Source of the DNA: Candidatus Heimdallarchaeota archaeon | GTDB taxonomy: Archaea > Asgardarchaeota > Heimdallarchaeia > Heimdallarchaeales > Heimdallarchaeaceae | Length of the DNA: 64,000 nucleotides | Reading direction: 5' to 3' | Assembly: GCA_016839945.1 (NCBI GenBank) | Contig: JAEOTE010000090.1 | Span: 32,001 to 96,000, forward strand | Shown: positions 9,121 through 18,930 of the stretch, piece after piece | Layout: each line of letters begins with the position of its first letter | How positions within the stretch are numbered: the stretch's first letter is position 1 | Notes under the pieces: model-generated | The model's database searches: none | Told to the model about the DNA's origin: nothing | What the model saw: only the letters and a program-made list of their open reading frames with translations | Made by a program: the position numbers and the translations under genes

Positions 9121-9870
9121 TTAAGAGCAGGTTACGCATTGGTTATCTCTTTCTATTCTAAATATCTCAAAAGTGTTGTATTTCATATCTATATACAACA
9201 TTTTATTTGTTAACAACTGATCAATGTCTCTAAAAACTATATATTTTATAGCTTCGTTTGCTTCGATAACACCAAACAAGCCTGCTATTGTGCCCATAAC
9301 ACCACCCTCACTTGTTGTCGGATATGAACCAATTTCTGGAATTTCTTTCGAAACACACCTGTAACAAGCTGTTTTTCCAGGCATTACTGTCATCATTTGT
9401 CCTTCAAATTGATATACTCCTCCTATAACAAAAGGAATTCCAAGTTTAACACAAGTATCATTTACTAAAAATTTAGTCTCAAAGTTGTCACTTGCTTCTA
9501 CAATGAAATCAAAATTCGATAAGATTTTTTCTGAATTATCATTAGTAAGAGTAATATTGTACTCTTTAATTTTGATATCTTGATTTAGTTTTGATAACTT
9601 CTGTGAAGCAGATTTAGTTTTAGATTCTCCTACATTAGTCTCTTGATGAAGAATTTGTCTATTTAGATTAGATAGTTCGACTTTATCTTTATCCAATATC
9701 CCTAAATACCCTATTCCTGCGCAAGCTAGATAATACGCAGCACTTGAACCCAAACCACCTAAACCTATAACTAGAACCTTGCTAGTTTTAAGTCTCTCTT
9801 GACCATCTAAACTGAAATTTGTAATTATTATTTGTCTATTGTATTTGTCCTTTTCTTTGTCATTAAGCAT
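9121..9870 (-). CDS. ThiF/MoeB/HesA family E1-like adenylyltransferase
   Basis: YNRQ, GLGGLG, DKDKVELSNLNRQ, SDN, CYRC and CVTC zinc motifs. Confidence 0.9.
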   Translation of the reverse strand: MLNDKEKDKYNRQIIITNFSLDGQERLKTSKVLVIGLGGLGSSAAYYLACAGIGYLGILDKDKVELSNLNRQILHQETNVGESKTKSASQKLSKLNQDIKIKEYNITLTNDNSEKILSNFDFIVEASDNFETKFLVNDTCVKLGIPFVIGGVYQFEGQMMTVMPGKTACYRCVSKEIPEIGSYPTTSEGGVMGTIAGLFGVIEANEAIKYIVFRDIDQLLTNKMLYIDMKYNTFEIFRIERDNQCVTCS

Positions 9871-9948
9871 TTTGAATCCTTCTTCGTTTTATTAAAACAC
9901 AATTTTCTTCTTAAAACATTATTTAGGTTTCTACCTTATTAATTTAGT

Positions 9949-10365
9949 TTATATGTTTGATACATATTCCTTCTCAATCATTATGCGAAAATTTTCAATT
10001 TTATCTAGGATCGATTTTGTTTCTTTCTCAATCATTTTAGGAAGTTTTCTAGACTCTAAAGCTTTTTCATAGCATTTAGAGAAATAGTTGAGCTGAAAAA
10101 CCAATTGCACTACTCTTGCATGTTGGAAAACTTGTTCAGGATCTGACACCAATGCTACTTTCAAAGAAATTTCATTTTGTTCTTCTAAACTCAAGTCTAT
10201 ATTTAATCCCTCTTTGTGACAAACATCAAATAATGTGCTTAATAAAAATCTGCCTTTCTTCAAGACTTGTACGAGTTCTTTTGCTATATCAGATAATCCT
10301 GGTACTTCCCTTTTTATAACTTCAGCACTCGTTGTTACACTTCCAAGATGCATGTTTTCACACAT
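9949..10365 (-). CDS. Hypothetical protein (helical)
   Basis: 138-aa ORF with normal composition, co-oriented with neighbours. Confidence 0.6.
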   Translation of the reverse strand: MCENMHLGSVTTSAEVIKREVPGLSDIAKELVQVLKKGRFLLSTLFDVCHKEGLNIDLSLEEQNEISLKVALVSDPEQVFQHARVVQLVFQLNYFSKCYEKALESRKLPKMIEKETKSILDKIENFRIMIEKEYVSNI

Positions 10366-10430
10366 AGGATTTTTATGAAAAATACGTTCAAGTTTTTATA
10401 AACATTTTTAGATTTACAATGTTGAAATTT

Positions 10431-10448
10431 AAAAAAGAAAAAAAAAGA
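10431..10448 (-). terminator. Putative archaeal U-tract terminator after the ribophorin-I-like gene
   Basis: A-rich run on + (U-rich on -) right after the stop at 10457. Confidence 0.4.
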
Positions 10449-10456
10449 ATTATCTT

Positions 10457-12622
10457 TTAAGGTTCTAAAAGCATTCTTAATGTTACAAGAACAGCATCTA
10501 TTTCATTCTTTAATTTTTCAATAGTTTGTTGTCTTTCTCTGAATAACTTTACGTATGATTCTTTAGTCATGCTCTTCTTAACACGATATTCCTGCTGTAA
10601 AGCTCGCAGATTTCTTCTTTCTTCAAAGAGTTTTCTTTCAGAGATTTCAATTTTCTGAACTGAATCCTTGTATCGTCCACCATGTTTCACAAGATTCTCT
10701 TTTGTGACCTTCAAAGATTCTTCTTCAGAGCGTAATCTCTTTTCAAGTTTTGTTCTTAGATCTTTTCCTTCTTTTGCTTTCAGTTTCTTAGCTGCAATCT
10801 TTGCTCTTGTCTCTCTAATTCTCTCTTTAAGCGATAGAACCTCTTCATATTGTTTAACAAACTCTTCAAGTTCATCTACAGGAATGAATTCCTTTTCTTC
10901 TTCCAGTACATATTCCTTGGCAGTTTTTGTTGACCACCTTATTCCTAAATAAATGGCAAAAATTACTCCGACGGATATTACTTGGAAGAAGTAAGTTACC
11001 CACATATTAAAGCCAGAATAATTATAATAAATTACCATTGGAGAGTTATCACTTCCAGAGAATTGTGTAGTTTCAAAATGTAAAATTCTTTTAAACCCCA
11101 AACTGCTAAAAGCGAATTTTACATCATAGCCTGTAAGTGGAATTACTTGATAAGGATCAGCACCTTCGTAAACATATGATTTATAGACTGCACCTTTTGG
11201 TAAGACTATATCTATGTATAGATTATCCACTGTCCAATTTATTATTGAACAAGGTGAGAGTGTTAATTTGTAGTTAATTGATGTTTGTTCCTTAGAAAGA
11301 AATGTTTCCATTGGAACTTTGTAAACTATTGTAAAAGTCATTTGTTCTCCATGGAATAAGGGGTAACGTGGAAATATTACTAAACCCGGATAGTTTGGAA
11401 AAATAGTGTCTCTAAGATTATACGACCCTCTTTCAAAGAATCCTTGTTCGTCAAGCTGTGAATAAAAGTTCAGTTGCCCAAGTTCGTCTGCAAGTGATAA
11501 GACAGATGAGTTTTGGGGAAGAATTATTACAAAAGCGTTCAAACCAAAAAGCTTAACTTGTGTCATAGGAGAATCACTTGGTCTTTCAGGCCCCAAGAAA
11601 AGGATATTTTGTGTTTCAGTAACTTTGATTAAACCAAGTGGTTCAATTTCGACTTTTCTATAAACTTCTGTTGCTTTGAATAATTTTGTATTAGTTGCTT
11701 CTTCTACCGCTTCACCAGTACTGACTGATTGAGTATAAACATTCATTAACAAATCGTCTTCATAGGATTGAGAATAATTAAACGGTCCTCTAGTTATATT
11801 TGTCCATTTTAATACCCCTGCTGCAGCTTGGGATACATAAATTACATCTGCTGTGTTATTATTTGGAGTTACTGTGTATTCTGCATTGTCAATGAAGTTG
11901 TCATTTCCTTGTTTATTTACCTGCGCTTCTCCTTTAACTAGTGGAATATTATTAATTAGAGGATAAAGCAATTCTCTATAATGAAGAAGTTGCTCACCTG
12001 CTAGTATCTCATAAAAATAAGGGGTAGCAAATTCTATATAACTAACAAGATAATAGTGTGCATCTTTTCCAATGCTTGATTTATCAACATTAAATGGAAC
12101 CATATACGTTGTATAATCATCTGACTTATAGTAACTATAAGTACGTGTAGCATTTTTGAGATTGATATCTCGAAAAGTTTCATTTACTACATGAAATCCA
12201 ATAAAGGAGATATTATCTACATTAATATTCGGGAGAGTATAATTGAAGTAAACAAGAGATTCATTGCCAATAACATTCAATTCAACTGAATCAATTAATG
12301 TGACTACGCCATATTGCTCAAAACTGATTGATCTATTAAAATTTGCTGTTGCATTAAACCCATAAGTGTAGTTTGCAATAGCATTAAACTTAACATTGCT
12401 AATTGGAGATATGGGAGTATTATTCATTACACTTGGCGGATTTGAATATAGATCAGAATTCGAATTTGCATTGATTACTCCAAACATAGGTAGAAATGAT
12501 ATACCAATAATAAGAAGTATAATCATAGGTAATATTGTGTTTTTGGTTTTTTGCATTAGTAAAACCTCATTTTTTGTAGTCTTGTCCAGAAAGAGGAGGA
12601 ACAATTTTAAATATTTTGGCAT
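10457..12622 (-). CDS. Ribophorin I (OST1/RPN1)-like type I membrane protein; likely start 12556 (MQKTKN)
   Basis: Signal peptide; two beta-rich lumenal halves (R-x-V-E-I-x-x-x-G-x-I-x-V-x-E, DELGQL, PRYPLFHG, IVLPKGA); single TM; long cytosolic coiled coil. Confidence 0.75.
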   Translation of the reverse strand: MPKYLKLFLLFLDKTTKNEVLLMQKTKNTILPMIILLIIGISFLPMFGVINANSNSDLYSNPPSVMNNTPISPISNVKFNAIANYTYGFNATANFNRSISFEQYGVVTLIDSVELNVIGNESLVYFNYTLPNINVDNISFIGFHVVNETFRDINLKNATRTYSYYKSDDYTTYMVPFNVDKSSIGKDAHYYLVSYIEFATPYFYEILAGEQLLHYRELLYPLINNIPLVKGEAQVNKQGNDNFIDNAEYTVTPNNNTADVIYVSQAAAGVLKWTNITRGPFNYSQSYEDDLLMNVYTQSVSTGEAVEEATNTKLFKATEVYRKVEIEPLGLIKVTETQNILFLGPERPSDSPMTQVKLFGLNAFVIILPQNSSVLSLADELGQLNFYSQLDEQGFFERGSYNLRDTIFPNYPGLVIFPRYPLFHGEQMTFTIVYKVPMETFLSKEQTSINYKLTLSPCSIINWTVDNLYIDIVLPKGAVYKSYVYEGADPYQVIPLTGYDVKFAFSSLGFKRILHFETTQFSGSDNSPMVIYYNYSGFNMWVTYFFQVISVGVIFAIYLGIRWSTKTAKEYVLEEEKEFIPVDELEEFVKQYEEVLSLKERIRETRAKIAAKKLKAKEGKDLRTKLEKRLRSEEESLKVTKENLVKHGGRYKDSVQKIEISERKLFEERRNLRALQQEYRVKKSMTKESYVKLFRERQQTIEKLKNEIDAVLVTLRMLLEP

Positions 12623-12713
12623 AGAAGATTTTTTCAGGTTTTATTTGTTTTTTATTTGCACCTTTTACCATAAGAGTCGGAATGTTTTTGTATTTTTACT
12701 TTCTAAATAGGTT

Positions 12714-13520
12714 GTGTATTCAAAAAAGGTTACAATTGAAGAATTATCTAGTATGATAGATCATACTAATCTTAAGCCATTCACTACAAAAAAAGAAATA
12801 AACAAATTATGTGAAGAAGCAACAAAGTACAATTTCGCAGCTGTTTGCATAAATCCAACAAATGTTTCTTTCTGTCATGAGATTTTAAAGAGAACAAATG
12901 TCGAAGTTGCTACAGTTGTTGGATTCCCTCTTGGTGCAAATATGAGGGAAGTCAAAGCACAGGAAACAAAAGAAGCTGTTAATCTTGGCGCTCAAGAAAT
13001 TGACATGGTTATGAATATTGGTAGTTTTAGAGACAAAAACTATGATGAAGTTAGTAAAGATATTCAAGCAGTGGTAAATGCTGCAGCAGGGAACATTGTC
13101 AAAGTTATATTGGAAACTGGATTTTTAACAGATGATCAAATAGTTAAAGCTTGTGAAATAGTAAAAGATTCAGGAGCTCATTTCGTTAAAACATCCACTG
13201 GTTTTGGTCCTATGGGAGCTTTTTATGATCATATTCTTCTAATGAGACAAACTGTAGGTACTGATTTTGGAGTCAAAGCTGCAGGCGGAATAAAAGATGC
13301 TAGAACTGCAGTTAGATTAGTTAATGCAGGGGCTAATAGACTTGGTGCTAGCGCGGGTGTTGCAATAATAAATTCTTTAGCAAAAATAGAAGAAGAAGGC
13401 AGTTGGTTTGACGCAACAGAAGACAAACCTATGGGTATTTATTCATTTGGAGCTGCTGATCCAAAAAAACAACCTAAAGATGTTTACGATTTTTATATAA
13501 GAAAAAAGGAAGAATATTAG
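12714..13520 (+). CDS. deoC: Deoxyribose-phosphate aldolase
   Basis: IDHTNLK, VVGFPLGAN, EIDMV, KVILET, FVKTSTGF, VKAAGGI. Confidence 0.95.
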   Translation: MYSKKVTIEELSSMIDHTNLKPFTTKKEINKLCEEATKYNFAAVCINPTNVSFCHEILKRTNVEVATVVGFPLGANMREVKAQETKEAVNLGAQEIDMVMNIGSFRDKNYDEVSKDIQAVVNAAAGNIVKVILETGFLTDDQIVKACEIVKDSGAHFVKTSTGFGPMGAFYDHILLMRQTVGTDFGVKAAGGIKDARTAVRLVNAGANRLGASAGVAIINSLAKIEEEGSWFDATEDKPMGIYSFGAADPKKQPKDVYDFYIRKKEEY

Positions 13521-13544
13521 AAAGGACTTAGAAGAGAGAATAAG

Positions 13545-16241
13545 ATGAAGCGATTTGACGATAGAAAGCTAAAGCCAAAATTAACACCTATGATGCAACA
13601 ATGGCAGCAAATTAAGAACCAAAATCCTGAGTATGTGCTCTTTTTTAGAGCAGGAGATTTTTATGAATGTTTTAATGAAGATGCAAAAATCGCTTCAGAT
13701 GTTCTGAATATAACGCTAACAGCTAAACCTATTGGTGAGAGAAAAATACCTCTAGCAGGAGTTCCTTATCATGCAGTAGATTCCTATATAGCAAAAATGG
13801 TTCAAAATGGATATAAGGTTGCTATTGTTGAGCAATTAGAAGATCCTAAAACTGCAAAAAAAGTGGTTAAAAGAGGTGTTGTTCAGTTAGTAACAAGAGG
13901 AACTATAACTTTACCAGAATCACTTGGAAAAGGACAAAACAATTATTTGATTGGATTAGCTAAAGAGGAATCTATATTGGGAATTTCTGCTTTAGATCTA
14001 TCAACAGGAGAGTTTTTAGTTGCTGATTTTGAAAACGAAAATGCTCTGGGTTTATTAGAAGTTGAGTTGACACGCTTAAATCCATCTGAAATCTTAGTTG
14101 AAAATGAGTTATGGAAGTTTTTAGATTTCTATCATGATGAACAAAATTGTACAATAACTCATGGAGATGATTATTATTTTGATATTGAACAAGGAAAGAA
14201 AGATCTACGCGAGACTTTTGATGTCTTAAGTCTAGAAGGTTTCGGAGTTGATGAACATACACCTTCTATCGGTGCGGCAGGAGCAATTTTGAGATATATT
14301 AAGGAAACACAGAAACGAGAAGATTTTCCAAATATTACAAAAATTAGCCAAATAAGAAGTCAGGAATTTATGACGCTTGACTCAAGCACCATAAGAAATT
14401 TGGAATTAATTGAAAACTTACGTGATAGGAAAAACTACGGAACATTACGACAGATATTAGATAACACAAAAAATCCAATTGGATCACGTCTATTAATCTC
14501 GTGGATTCTTCGACCAAGTTTAAATCCAACAACGATACAAGGAAGACTTGATGCAACAGAAGAGCTTTTTGAGGATATTATTCTAAGAGAAGAGTTTCGT
14601 GATATTCTAGGTAAAATGAGTGATTTGGAAAGGATAACAAGTCGAATTTGTTTGGGGAGAAGCAATCCAAGAGATTTGTTAGCTCTTAAAAATTCTCTTG
14701 AATTAATTCCTGAAATCCAGAATAATTTATCAAAGTTCAAAACTGTTCTTCTTAAAGAAATAAGGAAAAAACTTAATCCGCTGAAAGAAGTAACAAGCAT
14801 TATTGAAACAGGAATAGCAGATGAGGTTCCTACATCTGTTAAAGATGGTGGAGTAATAAGGGATGGTTATAACCAAGAATTAGATGAATTAAGAACAATT
14901 CAAAGAAGTGGTAAATCATTTTTATCAACTCTAGAGGCTAGGGAAAAAGCTAATACTGGCATAAAGAATCTAAAAGTTCGCTACAACAAAGTTTTTGGTT
15001 ACTATATAGAAGTCCCAAAAGCATCAACTAACAAAGTTCCAGCTGGGTATGAAAGGAAACAAACGCTAGTAAATGCTGAAAGATATATTACCCCAGAATT
15101 AAAGGAATATGAAGAAAAAATATTGAATGCAGAAGAAAAAATACTGGTTTTAGAAGAGCAGCTGTTTAATGATATACTGCAGGAAATAGCACAGTTTGCT
15201 AGTTCTATTCAACAAAACGCATATTATTGTGCAATTTTGGACGTGATTACAACTTTTGCTCAAAATGCTGTATATTATAATTATGTTAAACCAGAGATAA
15301 CAGAAGATGAAATAATAGATATAAAAGATGGACGCCATCCAGTTGTGGAACAGCTTTTAGAACATTCTAGTTTTGTTCCAAATGATACCGTTATAAAAAA
15401 GGAAAATGAGAGAATCCTGATTATAACTGGTCCAAATATGGGTGGTAAATCAACTATATTACGACAAGTTGCATTAATTGTGTTAATGGCACAAATTGGT
15501 AGTTTTATTCCAGCAAAGCAAGCTAAAATCGGTTTGACAGATAGGATTTTTACTCGAATCGGAGCTCATGATGTTCTAGTGGAGCATCGTTCAACGTTCA
15601 TGGTTGAAATGTATGAATGTGCAAATATTCTCAATAATGCAACAGAGAAGAGCTTAGTAATTCTTGATGAAGTAGGTAGAGGAACTTCAACATTTGATGG
15701 TGTGGCAATAGCTTGGTCTATATCAGAATTCTTGCATAATAATATTGGTAAAAATGGTCCTAGAACACTCTTTGCTACTCATTATCATGAATTAATTGAA
15801 CTAGAAGAATTACTCCCTAGAGTCAAAAATTATCACGTTTCGGTTAAGAACATAGATGGTGACATACATTTCTTATACAAAGTTAAGGAAGGAGGTATTA
15901 ATGAGAGCTTTGGGATTCATGTCGCTTCTTTAGCAGGATTACCTGAGAAGGTGATAGATGATGCAAATGAAATGCTTTCAATTCTTCATGATCAGGATGA
16001 AAAAAAGGAGCTACAATCTTTTGATAAAGAATCAATATTAGCACCTATGAGAATAGAAAAAAGCAAAGAAAAACAAGATACATCTCTGCAACACATTGAA
16101 AAAACTGAAGAGATTATGAAAGATCTATCAGATATTAGTATTGAAGAAATGGCTCCCGTAGAAGCGCTAAATATACTAAACCAGCTTGTTAGAAAAAGCA
16201 AGAAAATACTTAAAGAAAAAGGGAAGAACAGTAAGGAGTAA
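13545..16241 (+). CDS. mutS: DNA mismatch repair protein MutS (MutS1)
   Basis: TPMMQQ, GDFYE, GPNMGGKST, DEVGRGTSTFDG, FATHYHEL. Confidence 0.97.
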   Translation: MKRFDDRKLKPKLTPMMQQWQQIKNQNPEYVLFFRAGDFYECFNEDAKIASDVLNITLTAKPIGERKIPLAGVPYHAVDSYIAKMVQNGYKVAIVEQLEDPKTAKKVVKRGVVQLVTRGTITLPESLGKGQNNYLIGLAKEESILGISALDLSTGEFLVADFENENALGLLEVELTRLNPSEILVENELWKFLDFYHDEQNCTITHGDDYYFDIEQGKKDLRETFDVLSLEGFGVDEHTPSIGAAGAILRYIKETQKREDFPNITKISQIRSQEFMTLDSSTIRNLELIENLRDRKNYGTLRQILDNTKNPIGSRLLISWILRPSLNPTTIQGRLDATEELFEDIILREEFRDILGKMSDLERITSRICLGRSNPRDLLALKNSLELIPEIQNNLSKFKTVLLKEIRKKLNPLKEVTSIIETGIADEVPTSVKDGGVIRDGYNQELDELRTIQRSGKSFLSTLEAREKANTGIKNLKVRYNKVFGYYIEVPKASTNKVPAGYERKQTLVNAERYITPELKEYEEKILNAEEKILVLEEQLFNDILQEIAQFASSIQQNAYYCAILDVITTFAQNAVYYNYVKPEITEDEIIDIKDGRHPVVEQLLEHSSFVPNDTVIKKENERILIITGPNMGGKSTILRQVALIVLMAQIGSFIPAKQAKIGLTDRIFTRIGAHDVLVEHRSTFMVEMYECANILNNATEKSLVILDEVGRGTSTFDGVAIAWSISEFLHNNIGKNGPRTLFATHYHELIELEELLPRVKNYHVSVKNIDGDIHFLYKVKEGGINESFGIHVASLAGLPEKVIDDANEMLSILHDQDEKKELQSFDKESILAPMRIEKSKEKQDTSLQHIEKTEEIMKDLSDISIEEMAPVEALNILNQLVRKSKKILKEKGKNSKE

Positions 16242-16244
16242 TCA

Positions 16245-18107
16245 TTGTTTAATAAAATATCATATTGTGGTTTCATGGAATCAAAAATTATCAAACTTGA
16301 TAAACTTACAATTAATAAAATTGCAGCAGGAGAAGTTATTGAACGTCCTGCTTCTGTTGTTAAAGAACTTGTAGAAAATTCTATTGATGCTGGTAGTTCC
16401 GAGATAACAATAAATATACAAGAAGGGGGGAAGAAACTGATAGAAGTAATTGACAATGGATCAGGTATGACACATGATGATGTTTTACTTGCAGTTCAAC
16501 GATATTCAACAAGCAAAATTAAAGAAGCAGATGATTTGTTCTCTATCAATACATTAGGTTTTCGAGGAGAAGCTTTAGCTAGTATTGTAAGTGTAGGAAT
16601 GGTTGAGATAACAACAAAAGTGAAGAAACAAGATCTAGGAACACAGTTAGTAATAGAAGGAGGAGACATCAAATCTGATAGTAACATTTCAACAACTTCT
16701 GGTACAAGAATTATGATTAAGAATCTTTTTTTTAATGTGCCAGTAAGAAGAAAATTCCTAAAATCAATCAATACAGAAATGAATCATATTACAGAATTTA
16801 TTACCAAATATGCATTAGCATATCCTGACATCTCCTTTTCTCTTACTCACAATGGGAAAACAGTGATATCATCACCAAAAGGAAATTTAATCACTCAAAT
16901 CACAGAGATTTTTGGAAAGAATATTGCTAAGGGATGTTTAACAATAAAAAATCAAGAAAATGGATACACCATCAAAGGTTTTATCACCAAACCGGAATTA
17001 TCACGGAAATCAAAAGATTATATGTACACATTTGTAAATGGTCGGCCTATTTCAAATAAAACACTTAATGACTCAATTATTCAAGGTTATGGGACATCTA
17101 TTCCCCATGGAAGGTACCCAATTGTTTTTACATTTCTAGATCTTCCCTTAGACGAACTAGACGTTAATGTCCACCCTACAAAAAAAGAAGTTAGATTTAG
17201 CCAAGAAACCAAGATATTCAGTTTAGTGGAAACTGCTATTGGTGAAGCTCTACAAGCAAGTGGTTTGAAAATCTTTGAAAGGGTAACTGAAACAAAAGCT
17301 CAACCTACTTTGTTTCAAGAATTAAAACCGCAAGAAAAAAGAAAAATTGGTGATAAAACAGTGATTCAACCATCTTTTGTATCAAAGATGGATACGTCTC
17401 CTAAACCAGATACACGGATAATATCTAGCAAATCTCAAGTTATTGAGGATTTTCTACCAATAGAAAAAGTATCAAAACCAGAACTTCCCGCTGCAAAGGC
17501 AAAGACAAGAGAAATCAGAGTTATTGGAATATTAAAAGACACATACATAATTGCTGAAATTCAAGAAGGGTTGTTTCTATGCGATCAACATGCTGCCCAT
17601 GAAAAGATAAATTATGTAAAATACCTAAATCAATTACGTAATAATAACGTTAAAATTCAACAACTCCTTTCTCCGGTGAATATTGATCTAAAACCTTCTG
17701 AATTTGAAATTGTCAAAGAAATCATTTCTGAACTAAACAAATTTGGATTTGAAGTAGAAATCTTTGGTAAAAATGAACTAATAATTAGAGCTATTCCATC
17801 AATAATGAAAACAACTATTTCTTATGATGTTGCAAAAGATATTGTTGATATTTTCAAGGAGCATGTATCTGAAATTAAGAAAGAGATGGAATTTAAAGAC
17901 TTAATTTTCATTAAAGACATAATATCAGTATTTGCTTGTAGAAGATCTATAAAAGCAGGAGATCGTATCACTTTAAATCAAGCTGAAAAACTCATTTCTG
18001 AATTGTTAGCATTAGATGAGCCTTTCACTTGCCCTCATGGTCGTCCTACTATAATAATCTTAAATGAGAAATATATTGAAGAGTTATTTCAACGTGATTA
18101 CAGATAA
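16245..18107 (+). CDS. mutL: DNA mismatch repair endonuclease MutL; likely start 16275
   Basis: IAAGEVIERPASVVKELVENSIDAG, GFRGEAL, DVNVHPTK, DQHAAHE, ACR, CPHGRP. Confidence 0.97.
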   Translation: MFNKISYCGFMESKIIKLDKLTINKIAAGEVIERPASVVKELVENSIDAGSSEITINIQEGGKKLIEVIDNGSGMTHDDVLLAVQRYSTSKIKEADDLFSINTLGFRGEALASIVSVGMVEITTKVKKQDLGTQLVIEGGDIKSDSNISTTSGTRIMIKNLFFNVPVRRKFLKSINTEMNHITEFITKYALAYPDISFSLTHNGKTVISSPKGNLITQITEIFGKNIAKGCLTIKNQENGYTIKGFITKPELSRKSKDYMYTFVNGRPISNKTLNDSIIQGYGTSIPHGRYPIVFTFLDLPLDELDVNVHPTKKEVRFSQETKIFSLVETAIGEALQASGLKIFERVTETKAQPTLFQELKPQEKRKIGDKTVIQPSFVSKMDTSPKPDTRIISSKSQVIEDFLPIEKVSKPELPAAKAKTREIRVIGILKDTYIIAEIQEGLFLCDQHAAHEKINYVKYLNQLRNNNVKIQQLLSPVNIDLKPSEFEIVKEIISELNKFGFEVEIFGKNELIIRAIPSIMKTTISYDVAKDIVDIFKEHVSEIKKEMEFKDLIFIKDIISVFACRRSIKAGDRITLNQAEKLISELLALDEPFTCPHGRPTIIILNEKYIEELFQRDYR

Positions 18108-18121
18108 AGGATGAATAAGAA

Positions 18122-18415
18122 ATGATGAAGAAATTTAGGATAGATTTGAAAAAAGGAAAAATACAATTGAATCAAGCTTTAAGCATACATTTGATTATGA
18201 TAATAGTCACTATTCTTGCTTTTGCAATTTTCTTATCCATACAACAATTTTTGTACTCTTTCGAGGATTTTATTGCGAAAATCATTATCATAGATGTACT
18301 TCTTGGAGTAGGAATATTACTGGAAATAATTACTTTTATCTGGAGAGTTCGCAATCTACAACTAAAAAATAAAGAAAGCATTACATCTACAGAAGAAAAA
18401 GAAGAAAAGGAATAA
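18122..18415 (+). CDS. Small two-TM membrane protein
   Basis: Two hydrophobic stretches and a charged tail; follows mutL. Confidence 0.55.
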   Translation: MMKKFRIDLKKGKIQLNQALSIHLIMIIVTILAFAIFLSIQQFLYSFEDFIAKIIIIDVLLGVGILLEIITFIWRVRNLQLKNKESITSTEEKEEKE

Positions 18416-18457
18416 GGATAGAACAATCCTCTACTTTTCAAAACTATAATGGATTCT

Positions 18458-18871
18458 TTATAGCTTATCACCATACAATTCTTTTATTTGCTGAGGTGTA
18501 AGCATAACAGGTATGCCTTCTTTTATATCGTAAACATGCTCTTCATTTTCTGAACAAATAAGTCTTCCTTTTTTTATTTCTAATTGGAAACAGTTTTCAC
18601 AATCTTTTTTCGAAACATGTTTTTTTATTTCATCAATCACTTTAGTTTCTTCTGTTAAGTCTTCATTGATATTAACAAGAAAGTATTTTTTATAATCACA
18701 ATAATAACTACAAACAACTTTGGTAAGAGGATTTTCCATGGGAATTGGGATTTTCTCTGATTCTTCCTCTTTTTCTTCAATTTCAAGCTTTAAAGGCCAA
18801 GCTTTATCAACTGGACATGCCAATAAATCCATTAATCGATACTTCATACAAACACACGTCTTGTTAAGCAA
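18458..18871 (-). CDS. trm112: Trm112-family methyltransferase activator; likely start at MKYRLMDLLACP
   Basis: LMDLLACP..K.WPL at the N-terminus; EIKKGRLIC...YDIKEGIPVML at the C-terminus. Confidence 0.8.
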   Translation of the reverse strand: MLNKTCVCMKYRLMDLLACPVDKAWPLKLEIEEKEEESEKIPIPMENPLTKVVCSYYCDYKKYFLVNINEDLTEETKVIDEIKKHVSKKDCENCFQLEIKKGRLICSENEEHVYDIKEGIPVMLTPQQIKELYGDKL

Positions 18872-18930
18872 TTTTAAAGTATAATCCCTTTATTTTAATT
18901 GGTTATAAATTTATTTCATTTATTGGGAGA

